Positions 48,001-56,040 of a stretch of DNA of 64,000 bases are shown here, piece after piece. Numbering within the stretch: position 1 is the stretch's first letter; each line of letters begins with the position of its first letter. A model generated the notes under the pieces. It saw only the letters and a program-made list of their open reading frames with translations, was not told the DNA's origin and ran no database searches. A program made the translations under genes and the position numbers. The DNA is from an uncultured Candidatus Saccharibacteria bacterium (GTDB taxonomy: Bacteria > Patescibacteriota > Saccharimonadia > Saccharimonadales > CAYUUR01): the NCBI GenBank assembly GCA_964448075.1, contig CAYUUR010000002.1, positions 645 to 64,644 on the forward strand. The letters are read 5' to 3'.

Positions 48001-51000
48001 CGACCGCGCTGTAGCACTATTTTGTTCAATATAGAGGTACGGGTTACCAGAAACAGTGCCAGTCGTAAACGTACAGGTTGCACGCGTCCAGCCAGTGGTA
48101 TATGCAAACCCTGTAGCAAAACAGTCAGACTCAGTCGAACCATCACTAGCATAGCCTGCCCCGAGAGTTCCGTTCAGCAATACAGAAGTTCGAACGTTAA
48201 ATGACAGTGAGTAGGTCGTGGAACTCGTGAGCGTAATTGGGTATTTCACGCCATCACCACTCACCGCCGTCGTATCGAACTTCATTGATTGAGCGCCAGA
48301 GTAACGCTGAGCGTCGGTTTGGTGGACTCGGCTGGTTGAACCCTTTACCTGCCAGCCAGATGGAGCAGTTACTGCCTTGAAGCTCACCTTGTCTACGACA
48401 ATATAACGAGCTGTTGCATCAGTTTGCTTGATATAGAGGTATGGCGTACCGCTGACCGTAGTCGTCGTGACGATACAGTGATACTGCGCCCAGGTTGTAC
48501 TAATTGAGGAACTATTGAGGGTACAGTTAGATTCTGTTGAACCGTCATTGGCGTACCCTGCCGCCAACACAGAGCCGCTCCCCGCTACCGTTCGTGCCCA
48601 GAAGGTCAATTCATACGCCGTACTGTTAGGCAACGTCATGTTATATTTGGCACCATCGTTGGCAGCCGCGGTGGTTGTCAGCACCATCGATTTACTCTTG
48701 TCGTACACATAGGTGCCATCATACCCAATCGAGCCAGCACCCTTAGCTACCCAGTTACCCGAATCAGTCTCAAAGCTTGGGTTATTCATGAGATTGCTGG
48801 AGTCACCTGCTTCAAAGCCGCTGTTACTAATCAGATTGAATTGATTAACAGATGTGTCAACCTTGATAACGCTGTCACCTTCACTGTTTGCGACCGATAG
48901 TGCGCTACTGCTCGTTCCCTGCAATAACGCTCCAGAGAAGCTGGAATTGCCCGTGCTACTTGGTGGCGCCGAGTTAGTAACCCAACTAAGCGTTCCGTCA
49001 TCAACCAAACTACTCCTCGTCACTTCAACATACTGCGATAGTGACGTCCCAGAAATACAGTTGGCGCTCGGACATCGATAAACCCGGTATTTGGTCGCAC
49101 CCGGCACGGTGTTCCAGGTCATCCCTACAATATTATCTGCGGTCAGTGCATTACCTGTGGTCACCGTAAAGACTTTTTCATCACTCGGGTTGCTCTCGCC
49201 ACTCGTGTTGATCGCTGTTACGCGATAACGGAAGGTGTTGCCGGAGGTAAGCGTACCATCCGGCACTTCAGCATTGCTTACTTGACGGAAGTTAGACGGT
49301 GCAGCCAGTTCAGTTATGCTGAACGATCCACCATATTGGGTGTAACTGGTGTCGACAGTCAAGGTATTGTTTAGCTTTACACCCCGGTCGAGGAAGCCAA
49401 TGAGACTGGATGCGACGTCCGCGTTACCCTTATCGCTGAGATGTAGACCGTCCATTGTACCAGCGCCACCAGCACCATTATTATAGAAGCCTTCGCTCTC
49501 TGCCCAGCTAAAGTCACCACCCCACTTGCGCCACAAATCCAAGATGCCACAGCCGTTTTCGTCAGCTAGCTGATAAATGACATCTCGGTAGGACTGCACA
49601 CCAAAGACAGAGGTATCATCTCCCGTCTGCGGTGCTGGGATAATCAGCACACAGTCTGCCGGATCGCTTGACGCCTTGGCTTGACCTATCCATTTTTGGT
49701 AGGACTCTTTGAATCCTTGTGGCGTGGTGTTTGTGCCCTGTTCGTTTGTGCCGTATGCAAAGACCACGAGGTCGGGTCGTGGATCAAACACACCAATCGC
49801 CGAATCGTATGCATTGAATGTACCGTGCGTATACGTACTGGAGGTCGCCATGTTATTAACCCGGATACCTGTATCAAACGTCGCATCAATACCTTCGAGG
49901 TTAATACACTCGTAACCATTGCCACCATTGCCGTCATCAGGGACCGTGATACTCAGAGTGTGGGTTTTTTGCGGATCAAGATCGGCTACATTGACTCGGT
50001 TACCATAACTCAGCGTTGCGCCATTTGTTGTAACCGTACCAGTTGCCGCACCACCATCAACACTATAGTAGAACGAATCAAGGCCAATGAATGAGCTCTC
50101 TGTGTATTGGATGGCTAGATTATTACCACGGAAGTTAATCGTCAGCTCCGCCAGCCCACTCACCGTATTACACACTAGCAATGCACCACCCGCCGCCCCA
50201 CCGTTGCCAAGTGCGTATGATCCATAACTGCCCTGGGTGAACAATCTATTATCATAGGGCTTCTGGAAGCCCGTGCCACCGTCACCGTATTTTTCCTTCA
50301 AAGCTTTTTCTACCAAGGCCGGTGTACTCTTTACTGCCCGGTCAGAACCTGCCAGACCCCACGTAATGCTGTCACCGATAAAGTTGACGACCACCGCTTC
50401 GCTGTTGGCATTAGCCAAAGCACCACGGAAGTGTTTAAGTGACTCGTCAATGTTATAGGTGAAGTCTTTGATGCCTTGCTGGTCGTTACCGCCCAAGTAC
50501 TCAACATTTAGGTTTTCTACCAAGGCAGTTGAAGTAACGGTAATTGGTGGCGTACCCTGTGGCGCGGCTAGCTTGATGTTATTGGTTATGATGCCCGCAC
50601 CCACAAAGCCAGTTTTTTGCGGTCGGTTAACGGTCAACTGGTTGTCGGCCGTGTTGTCGGTGTAGGTTGTGGTCGAGTTATTGGCAATGGTACCGACCAG
50701 CATGAATGGCCCCGTAACGTTATCGTTGATTGGCTGAGCAAGAATGTTGTTTTGAGGAGTTAGGAACGAACGATAAATCTTACGCGCTACTGTTCCTGGA
50801 GGCCCAGCCGATATGCTGGTCAGACTCGCCTGCTGACCTGTGCCGTCAGGTGTCACTGTGCCTGACATAGTACTGAGCGCACTTTCTGCGCCACTGGCAT
50901 TCACATAGCTATATGCCCAAACATATTTTAGGTTCTGAGTAAGGTTACCCGCTGATGTAATAAGACTCGCCGATGGTGCAGCCGGGCGGTTAGAAGTGTT

Positions 51001-52665
51001 CTCGCTGGTTGGCGGCTTAATGTTCGTGTTCAATGAGCCATCGCCATTATTGTCATCTCTTTGACTGACTGATGGGTCAGTAATCGTTCCGCTGGTATCG
51101 GTTGAAGTTCCCGTCAAGCGAAGTGTTGGGTTGTAATAATACGTACTACCACCTGATTGCGTTCGGTAGACACGCATGGCGCTGACATTCTTGACACCAC
51201 CAAACGGCATTTCCTTCAGCGATATGCCATTTGAAGACGCTGCAAAGGTATTGCTAACTGGCCCGGCGGCAGTTTCACCCCACGGCGTCACATAGGTCAG
51301 AACATATGAATAGTTACCAGTGAGTGCGCCCGCTCCAGCTGAACCAACGAGCGGACCAACTTGTGGCGGTGCAATCGGCATTGGCGGAGCATACGTCAAT
51401 GATGTATCGGCTGTGTCATCTGTATAAGTTGTTGTTGTATTGTCAGCAATCTCAGTCAGGAACCTCCAGCCAGTCGTGACACCATCAACTTGCCGTGTGG
51501 TACGGTAGATCTTTCGTGATTTTGTACCTGCAGGACCGGTTGGTATAGCGGTCAGATCAACTTGTTTACTGGCTGGCGCAACACTACTACTGGTCGGGCC
51601 AGGCAAAGTTTCACCGGCGAACGTTGTGTACGTTACTACGTATGTATACGTTCCGTTCAAGTTACCTGCCGTTGCGCTTGCTGTTGCTGTCAGCGCAGAG
51701 GCTGGAGGATCCAGCGCTGCAACGATGTTACCACCTGCGTCTACCCGCCCCATTACCTCGCTTGAGCTGTTCAAGTATCGTTGCAAATCACCGGTCTGTG
51801 CCGCGCTATTGCCTTGGATAACGGAGACTATTTCTGAAGCACTCGTGCCCTGCACCTGCAGGCTTGCTGTTGGGGCAGCGTTGTTAATTCCAACACGCTT
51901 ATTAGTCGTATCAACGTCAAATATTGTTGCCGAACCGGCCGCGTTCTTTACCTGCAACGCTGTTACTGCGTCAGTCTGTGGTTTGAATAACAACGATCCA
52001 GCGTTATCTATAACGAGCACGTCGCTACCACCGCGTTGCAGTTGAAGTATGTCGCCGCTCGCTCCAGTTTTGTTTATTCCAATTGAGTCATTTGAGCTTG
52101 CATCGACCTGCAATGTACCTTGACCGAGCTGCACGATCTCGTCTTTCGTCAGTCCTCCTAAACGTTTAGCATTTTTTGCATATGGCGTTGCACTGAAACG
52201 CGTAAATGGAAGCATTTCGCCATCCCAAGATGGGCTACCGGTGCCGCCAACATCAATCGATAACCACAAGCTGTCCTGGTTCCAGTCGACATTAGTTGAA
52301 AATGCAGTTACTGAGCCAAGATACACAGAAAAGTAGCCATTTTTGACCCGTACCTTGTTAGTACTGTCCCTGGTTTCTGTCCATTCAAGTGTTCCACCAC
52401 AAGGTGATGAGCCTGAAACTTCACAGCCGTCACCATCTTGGTACACCTTAAAACGTAGGTTATAGAATCCATCGGGCACAACTGCACCAGTGTCATCAAG
52501 CAATCGAGCCTGAAAGTTAAGCTGTTCATTGATACCAGTAGAATTATAAGTTTTACTTCGGTAGAGCTGAGTGCTCACCGCTGATATGGCCAAAATCAGA
52601 GCAAGCACGCATATCTGCACTTTCCTACTCTTCCACCAGTGTTTTTTGAGCCGTATGTTGTTCAT
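42061..52665 (-). CDS. giant (3534 aa) secreted/anchored multidomain surface protein, adhesin- or tail-fibre-like
   Basis: Single uninterrupted ORF with an N-terminal signal/TM. Fn3-like repeats (YRYRVTAINTSGESNPSDE), an SGNH/GDSL hydrolase motif (NFIGDSITWG), tandem CBM-like jelly rolls (NPSFE...GSTES.C...PYLYI), a Gly/Ser/Thr-rich fibrous region, a LamG-like domain (NQWHHVVALN) and a conserved C-terminal module (ALSGRVPVKV...TSSSIPGHGMKA). Confidence 0.9.
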   Translation of the reverse strand: MNNIRLKKHWWKSRKVQICVLALILAISAVSTQLYRSKTYNSTGINEQLNFQARLLDDTGAVVPDGFYNLRFKVYQDGDGCEVSGSSPCGGTLEWTETRDSTNKVRVKNGYFSVYLGSVTAFSTNVDWNQDSLWLSIDVGGTGSPSWDGEMLPFTRFSATPYAKNAKRLGGLTKDEIVQLGQGTLQVDASSNDSIGINKTGASGDILQLQRGGSDVLVIDNAGSLLFKPQTDAVTALQVKNAAGSATIFDVDTTNKRVGINNAAPTASLQVQGTSASEIVSVIQGNSAAQTGDLQRYLNSSSEVMGRVDAGGNIVAALDPPASALTATASATAGNLNGTYTYVVTYTTFAGETLPGPTSSSVAPASKQVDLTAIPTGPAGTKSRKIYRTTRQVDGVTTGWRFLTEIADNTTTTYTDDTADTSLTYAPPMPIAPPQVGPLVGSAGAGALTGNYSYVLTYVTPWGETAAGPVSNTFAASSNGISLKEMPFGGVKNVSAMRVYRTQSGGSTYYYNPTLRLTGTSTDTSGTITDPSVSQRDDNNGDGSLNTNIKPPTSENTSNRPAAPSASLITSAGNLTQNLKYVWAYSYVNASGAESALSTMSGTVTPDGTGQQASLTSISAGPPGTVARKIYRSFLTPQNNILAQPINDNVTGPFMLVGTIANNSTTTYTDNTADNQLTVNRPQKTGFVGAGIITNNIKLAAPQGTPPITVTSTALVENLNVEYLGGNDQQGIKDFTYNIDESLKHFRGALANANSEAVVVNFIGDSITWGLAGSDRAVKSTPALVEKALKEKYGDGGTGFQKPYDNRLFTQGSYGSYALGNGGAAGGALLVCNTVSGLAELTINFRGNNLAIQYTESSFIGLDSFYYSVDGGAATGTVTTNGATLSYGNRVNVADLDPQKTHTLSITVPDDGNGGNGYECINLEGIDATFDTGIRVNNMATSSTYTHGTFNAYDSAIGVFDPRPDLVVFAYGTNEQGTNTTPQGFKESYQKWIGQAKASSDPADCVLIIPAPQTGDDTSVFGVQSYRDVIYQLADENGCGILDLWRKWGGDFSWAESEGFYNNGAGGAGTMDGLHLSDKGNADVASSLIGFLDRGVKLNNTLTVDTSYTQYGGSFSITELAAPSNFRQVSNAEVPDGTLTSGNTFRYRVTAINTSGESNPSDEKVFTVTTGNALTADNIVGMTWNTVPGATKYRVYRCPSANCISGTSLSQYVEVTRSSLVDDGTLSWVTNSAPPSSTGNSSFSGALLQGTSSSALSVANSEGDSVIKVDTSVNQFNLISNSGFEAGDSSNLMNNPSFETDSGNWVAKGAGSIGYDGTYVYDKSKSMVLTTTAAANDGAKYNMTLPNSTAYELTFWARTVAGSGSVLAAGYANDGSTESNCTLNSSSISTTWAQYHCIVTTTTVSGTPYLYIKQTDATARYIVVDKVSFKAVTAPSGWQVKGSTSRVHQTDAQRYSGAQSMKFDTTAVSGDGVKYPITLTSSTTYSLSFNVRTSVLLNGTLGAGYASDGSTESDCFATGFAYTTGWTRATCTFTTGTVSGNPYLYIEQNSATARSVYIDAISLTAGSTALSYTAGTLAFSGAIDTALLIRPRDDTTTAFEIQNAAGTPLFTADTLSSRVAVDGALYVGDPGLISILTTALEVRENFTSARDCLFGCYGGYIGATITNPTNPTSVVGLRVAAATGAATFTVPTAYGLYVDGVSEGAGSTITTAYSLFVGGNTAAGSNYTAALGASSTQTLWIANDQADPTTSAAGIAFGTSRDTNLYRGAANQLKTDDALNLVSTASSALLVQSASAAETVMTVDTATRSGSGGNRVKIGNSTGTDTATTILQLDGTTADPTSNLSALSGGLFYDSTLNKVKIIENGVVKTVCNTTDAGCGAGGSGARLDQVTAATTGASINNAANNVVWNWQLTAAESGFTFTENAASTGGGAQDQFITDIATLSGSTASPLRVTSASVDAADIVYNLASAGDIEFQDNGTAFMTLSDTGAYSYTLDATDNPAYTITNNGSGNVVTNLAGTGDYIIQDNGTTVFTIADNGKIDTAFTSTNTTAADDYSLKVSVSDTGIVTTGTDNTYGQQLVVARSGATGGTINTFGLDLTVSGDNAGTGTSTVKGINVLAGGNAFGSADYIYGLSGGVIGVAGGDVVKAVGVSGAVSSVFFGGTMTDAYALEGGIGMAGGGTVTTAAGLQINSATVSGATIANNYGIRVAAQSVGSTDYGVRIDAADTQTLWLSGNADNTTASAGIAFGSSRDTNLYRSGVATLKTDGTFQVGSATSPGQIDLYGDLVKKGISKQTGLTGISDIFVYDTTKDSDVGAWTDSPTSRALSWYSESKNDGYGDACNIASDTRCGSSAFPKKAIIVSTSSAVYIFDANDYKMFMKFNQNASGYAIGVDTNNDPSSVFALNGVVYVGANGSAAGGLYAIDFTSDRLFNYNTTDRDQGDKNIANRNTAVTYNIDSRTAMAIRHNAVNAVHGSVLYGSSSVETNGGPLNGATFIAAATDDSMSVINLSAQQTLDFGDNLTDQFSSVYVTKRGRLYGLNVTLSQVERYGTQANGTVGIDVAKADQATPTDVFDEQAANLPHVANGAAAPTFAVGAPDALKVMERASMADDAADLIYVGHSAGLTEVHDTNTASGTSIGWSKNYNISRETGYMSGTQRGMFSFDNLSGDLTDATIRNSVLEPEVAPTYGVNGVHGTGLRFNGTSQFLCSDANNDGTCDTDADFNVAAISFHVEAWFKHSATVTGTDVLIDKRYSAFAGTEGIGYTVEMNSSGQIVFGIQDTAATAGYDDSVTSTQTYNDNQWHHVVALNTDTGICLYLDGKLAVGCDTTLGATGTLDASQILTIGADASGAAGGNFWDGDIDDVYFASGGATTSDTLSQAQIRKRYLEGRSALAKPSTVVSAATTSSSTTIGDSGESYVTNAFVGSMVEITGGTGAGQSRRVIANDGTTLTVSPAWTVTPSTDSNYEVVPEKLYGDTNTVTSIALNNSNFLGTNPDLYVGTSNGSDGGAVSVFGGYGNSFISNLYHSDAGVTDTTSTSWSGTDADDIDAFSVESGVVAMGSSANVWFEKFDRNLEQDVDKFFSNVSSIRGELIVDGMAGVSSEVGGVGGADLAERFTSFESLTAGEIVSSEDNNVGVVRRTSQPYDDKALGIVATQPGIVIGPQEDNSYPIALSGRVPVKVALKPNEKIKSGDRITSSSIPGHGMKAVAAGRVVGVALEDVNPDTLIDCPEGSPDNLRCTTITVFVNLVDYSGQKVEVAMEEFQDSGFTLPDTVLGPLVNLQEGVLDEKLQKSDEIIRYLLGRKQQQVATDEPQSEILADRVSALEVNGLSIIAKDITADSIKANKIEGLEILVGKLTGKPTTGTNTSTTTGTVTPAIDMDNFIVKTATVSKDLTIDGVLFANGALEVAGPVKFLGASIFYRLATFVDTVIFQKDVQIEGRLTQNNDSAGFATIYKTQKKVKIEFEKPYEDTPVVTVNIKNGKFTQFAYDDLDEEGFTIILSEDATEDIEFAWTAVSVKDAKTVDVPLQSQN

Positions 52666-52813
52666 GTTTGTCTACGTTTAAACGTAACCACATTGTAACT
52701 TGCTCACCCCTTAAGCACAAGGGAAACACCCCTGTTATTGAAATAGGTTATCCACAGGTAAATGTCGTATACATTATTTGTTCGATTTGTAAATTTTGAA
52801 CATTTCTGCGGTT

Positions 52814-53905
52814 TTAGCGAACAACACCTTTAACAATTAAACTGATTGCGATCTTCTCTCCGATCCAAAAACTAAATGTCATTATTGTAACGAGTGCAAA
52901 AGCTGGCCATACCCTATTTGCGCCATCAACAATTTGGTTCTGAAAGATACAAACCGCATCCAACTGACAGCGCTGAGTTAGATTACCTGTTGCAGAAAGG
53001 TTTACTGCCGTCTTACCATCAACGACAACAACCGTCTGAAAGATAGCGCTACTACCACTTGCATCTGTTACGGCAATCTTGACCTCGTACTGACCTGATG
53101 TCTTATAGGTGTGCTTTATTCGCTGATCGCCACCCCCAGAAAACGTAAGCTTTGAGGTTTCACCGTCACCCCAGTCAACCGTAACATCGTACGGCGCTTG
53201 GCCTTTTTGGATACGAAACGTCAGAACCACCGTCTTTGTCGACTGGCTCACACGAAAGAAATTCTTGCTTTTGATAGTAACGCTGGATGTATTTACGACT
53301 GGGGTTTGGCTATTCTGATTGTTCGGCGCAACGGGTTCTGGCTCGACTGTCGGCTCAATTGTCGTGTCGTAAAATACAGTTATCGTAGTGGAGTCTGGTC
53401 CATATTGGTTAAAGATATCTGTAGTCCGAACAAGTAAAACATTACTACCGGGAACCAAACTGACGCCTATCTCATACAACCCATTTGAGTCACAGGTAAC
53501 AGAACCTGCCAATACTGCATTACGGTACACTTCAACGATATAGTCGTGTTCACAAGATCCTGATACGGTAACCAACGCCGAGGTTACCGTAGCGTTACTA
53601 GTTGGTGAACTAATCGTCGCAGGAATACTCGGTGGCGGCCCTGGTACTACCCCACTCAAAGTAACACTGCCAGAATCTGTCACGGTCTGACCACTTACGA
53701 CAACGTGCCGAATAAGAAAAACACTAAGCGCAGAAAGAACAATCAGAAAGAACAGTAACGCGTAAGATGTCTCATGGAATGCTATTCTTTTGCCGGTATG
53801 CCTACGGTGACTGACGTGAATTGGGCGGCGTTTTTTCTGAGACGACGCTTTGACGATACTCGCGCTACGCTTGGTTGCCTTTTTTGCCATCGCGCTTTCG
53901 CCCAC
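52814..53905 (-). CDS. PKD-domain, Ig-like membrane-anchored surface protein
   Basis: Basic N-terminus plus TM, Ig-like segments, a PKD motif (VTVDWGDGETS...HTYKTSGQYEV) and a C-terminal TM. Confidence 0.65.
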   Translation of the reverse strand: MGESAMAKKATKRSASIVKASSQKKRRPIHVSHRRHTGKRIAFHETSYALLFFLIVLSALSVFLIRHVVVSGQTVTDSGSVTLSGVVPGPPPSIPATISSPTSNATVTSALVTVSGSCEHDYIVEVYRNAVLAGSVTCDSNGLYEIGVSLVPGSNVLLVRTTDIFNQYGPDSTTITVFYDTTIEPTVEPEPVAPNNQNSQTPVVNTSSVTIKSKNFFRVSQSTKTVVLTFRIQKGQAPYDVTVDWGDGETSKLTFSGGGDQRIKHTYKTSGQYEVKIAVTDASGSSAIFQTVVVVDGKTAVNLSATGNLTQRCQLDAVCIFQNQIVDGANRVWPAFALVTIMTFSFWIGEKIAISLIVKGVVR

Positions 53906-54875
53906 TTTTACCTTGTGCTTTATTGACGATGTATTGGTTGTAGCGTTTGACGAAAATCACCAGCAACAGCACACCGCCAAGGAAGATAGCAATCAACTTG
54001 TATGGGATAACCCAGAAAGTCATTGAATCTGAGACGATGTTGTTTTTCTCTCCGTAAACGACGTCAGCCTGAACCGTATAGCGGCCAAAAAGTAGCTTGT
54101 TGCTCAATTCTTGCTCAAATTTTCGAGTACTTCCTGGTAATACATTTCCGCCGTTTTCATTGAGAGAGAACGTCTCTACTTCACGTCCGAAGATATTGCT
54201 GACCCGTACGGTACCTGAGGGTTTAAAGAACACGTTGCCAGTGTTTTTGATTCTCTCTGTTATCATAACCGGGCCGTATTCAAATATGCTGCGTCTCTTA
54301 CCATTTTGAGAAGTGAACAATTCACTTACTTCTGCACTTTCCGTAGTATTGCCCGAAACATTCACAAGCATCAACGTTCCGACACTTGCAGATAGTGAGA
54401 CTCCTGTGTCTTCAAGTTCTGGAGGTGTTCCTGTAAAACGAATGACCCCAAAATGACCTCCCGGACTGGCATTGTCAGGAACCCGCAATGTTACTTTAAC
54501 TGATTTTTGCTCACCTGTTTTAAGGGTGATTGTTGGGATTGAAACGATCCAAGATTTAATCGAGTATGGGCTTTCCTCATCCGCATCTAACAGTAACTTC
54601 GGCTGACCATCTTCACCATTGGCGACAAAGTCATTGACCTGTGCCTTTATCACGAGTGAATCTTGCGTGACATTGCGAACACGAATGGTTGAATTAATTA
54701 CCTTGCCTGGATCGGCCTTTAGTTCAATCAGCGGAGGAGAAATCTCCAGACCCTGCCCACTTTGGGCATGACCAATATTGGGAGCCACAAACAGTAGTAA
54801 CAAGATAGAAGCACTTGCAACAATACTCAACACTCTCTTCATACTAGCCGATGTCCCTCTTCCCCAAATTCTCAT
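53865..54875 (-). CDS. secreted Ig-like beta-sandwich protein with a C-terminal TM anchor and KR-rich tail
   Basis: Signal peptide (ILLLLFVAPNIGHA), beta-rich body, C-terminal TM (LIAIFLGGVLLLVIFV) and KRYNQYIVNKAQGKSGRKRDGKKGNQA. Confidence 0.55.
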   Translation of the reverse strand: MRIWGRGTSASMKRVLSIVASASILLLLFVAPNIGHAQSGQGLEISPPLIELKADPGKVINSTIRVRNVTQDSLVIKAQVNDFVANGEDGQPKLLLDADEESPYSIKSWIVSIPTITLKTGEQKSVKVTLRVPDNASPGGHFGVIRFTGTPPELEDTGVSLSASVGTLMLVNVSGNTTESAEVSELFTSQNGKRRSIFEYGPVMITERIKNTGNVFFKPSGTVRVSNIFGREVETFSLNENGGNVLPGSTRKFEQELSNKLLFGRYTVQADVVYGEKNNIVSDSMTFWVIPYKLIAIFLGGVLLLVIFVKRYNQYIVNKAQGKSGRKRDGKKGNQA

Positions 54876-54897
54876 TGATAACAGTATATCAGATTAA

Positions 54898-55974
54898 CTA
54901 GAAGGTTGCGGTTGCAATATACGTCATAGTTGCAGTATATGTACCGGCCTCTGTTGCTGTATCGATATTGGCAATATAGGCTACCTGATAGCGACGAAAT
55001 GACTCAGATGTTCCCTTGCTCGCAACACTATCAGCCGTAACAAAACGGAACTGATCAACAGTGTTATAGGACGCAGTTGGCGTACCCGAGCCAGCACCGT
55101 CAGGGTCTGCACCAATATTAGGGGTAGCGTTGTCGCGCAGGTTGATTCCAAATTGTTCAGTTCCGGTTGTTGACGCAGTTTGAGAGGCAAGCGCCGAAAT
55201 CGTATTACCACCCGAGGTGAGCGTTGCGCCATTAACCGTAATCGCATAACCGCTTCCTCCGTTTGTACCTACGCCCATTTGCGACAAACCAGTACCGGTA
55301 GTGCTTGGTGTCAATGTACCAAGAGATACTGCAGAACCAGTCGCGCCAGAACAACTACTGGTTGTAATGCCGCTCGTGCCAGTACAGAACGTAAGTGTCT
55401 CGTCAACGGTAGCACTCACAGTGATCTGTTGCGCAGTACTCGCAGCAACAACACCGGTATCAACACTTGTTGTCCATGCAGCATCGGAGAACGTACTAAT
55501 ACGGGCGAAGAATGTGGTGTTTTGAGCTGTTGGGTTGGTGATTCCACCAAAGACAACCGTTTGTGAGCCAGTTGGTGCAGCAACGTTACCACTCTTAGAG
55601 ATACGCAGGCTACCCGCTGTGGAGGTGTTAACCGTCCAGCCGGTAGCATCACCAAGGTTGGTTGGCTGTGAAGCAAGTGTTGAACTAGAGTTAACAAAAC
55701 CAGAAGGAGTGGAACATGCGCCTGAGGCTGTCGTACAAATCTGGGCTTGCATTGATTGGAGTACAGTCGCAGATGGTACGGTAAAGTTAAATGTATACGT
55801 AACGCCCGTGCCCGCTCCGGCGGAGTTTGAAAGAGTAACTTTACGTGCGGTTATTTGGGCTGCAGAGACCTGCGCGTTAAAGACAGACTGGAGCGCAAAA
55901 ACAGCTAAAAAAACAGCTATCAACAGATACGTTACTTGCTGAACTTTCTGCTGTGCGTAAATGGTTTTTGACAT
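54898..55974 (-). CDS. Thr/Ser/Gly-rich secreted protein (paralog A)
   Basis: Signal peptide. About 30% T/S/G. Shares TEQFGINL(R/V)(D/A)N and a C-terminal (T/G)TY(T/S) motif with the next gene. Confidence 0.55.
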   Translation of the reverse strand: MSKTIYAQQKVQQVTYLLIAVFLAVFALQSVFNAQVSAAQITARKVTLSNSAGAGTGVTYTFNFTVPSATVLQSMQAQICTTASGACSTPSGFVNSSSTLASQPTNLGDATGWTVNTSTAGSLRISKSGNVAAPTGSQTVVFGGITNPTAQNTTFFARISTFSDAAWTTSVDTGVVAASTAQQITVSATVDETLTFCTGTSGITTSSCSGATGSAVSLGTLTPSTTGTGLSQMGVGTNGGSGYAITVNGATLTSGGNTISALASQTASTTGTEQFGINLRDNATPNIGADPDGAGSGTPTASYNTVDQFRFVTADSVASKGTSESFRRYQVAYIANIDTATEAGTYTATMTYIATATF

Positions 55975-56040
55975 GTTTGATTATTACCTTAAGTACTTTG
56001 CTAAATTGTACTATACATTATAAGCATAAACAACAATTTT

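Noticed and set aside
42422-52529. Numerous 60-215-aa ORFs on both strands inside 42061..52665
   Set aside because: They are nested in, or antisense to, the continuous 3534-aa frame. Translations are low-complexity (Ser/Thr/Pro/Arg-rich) with no motifs.
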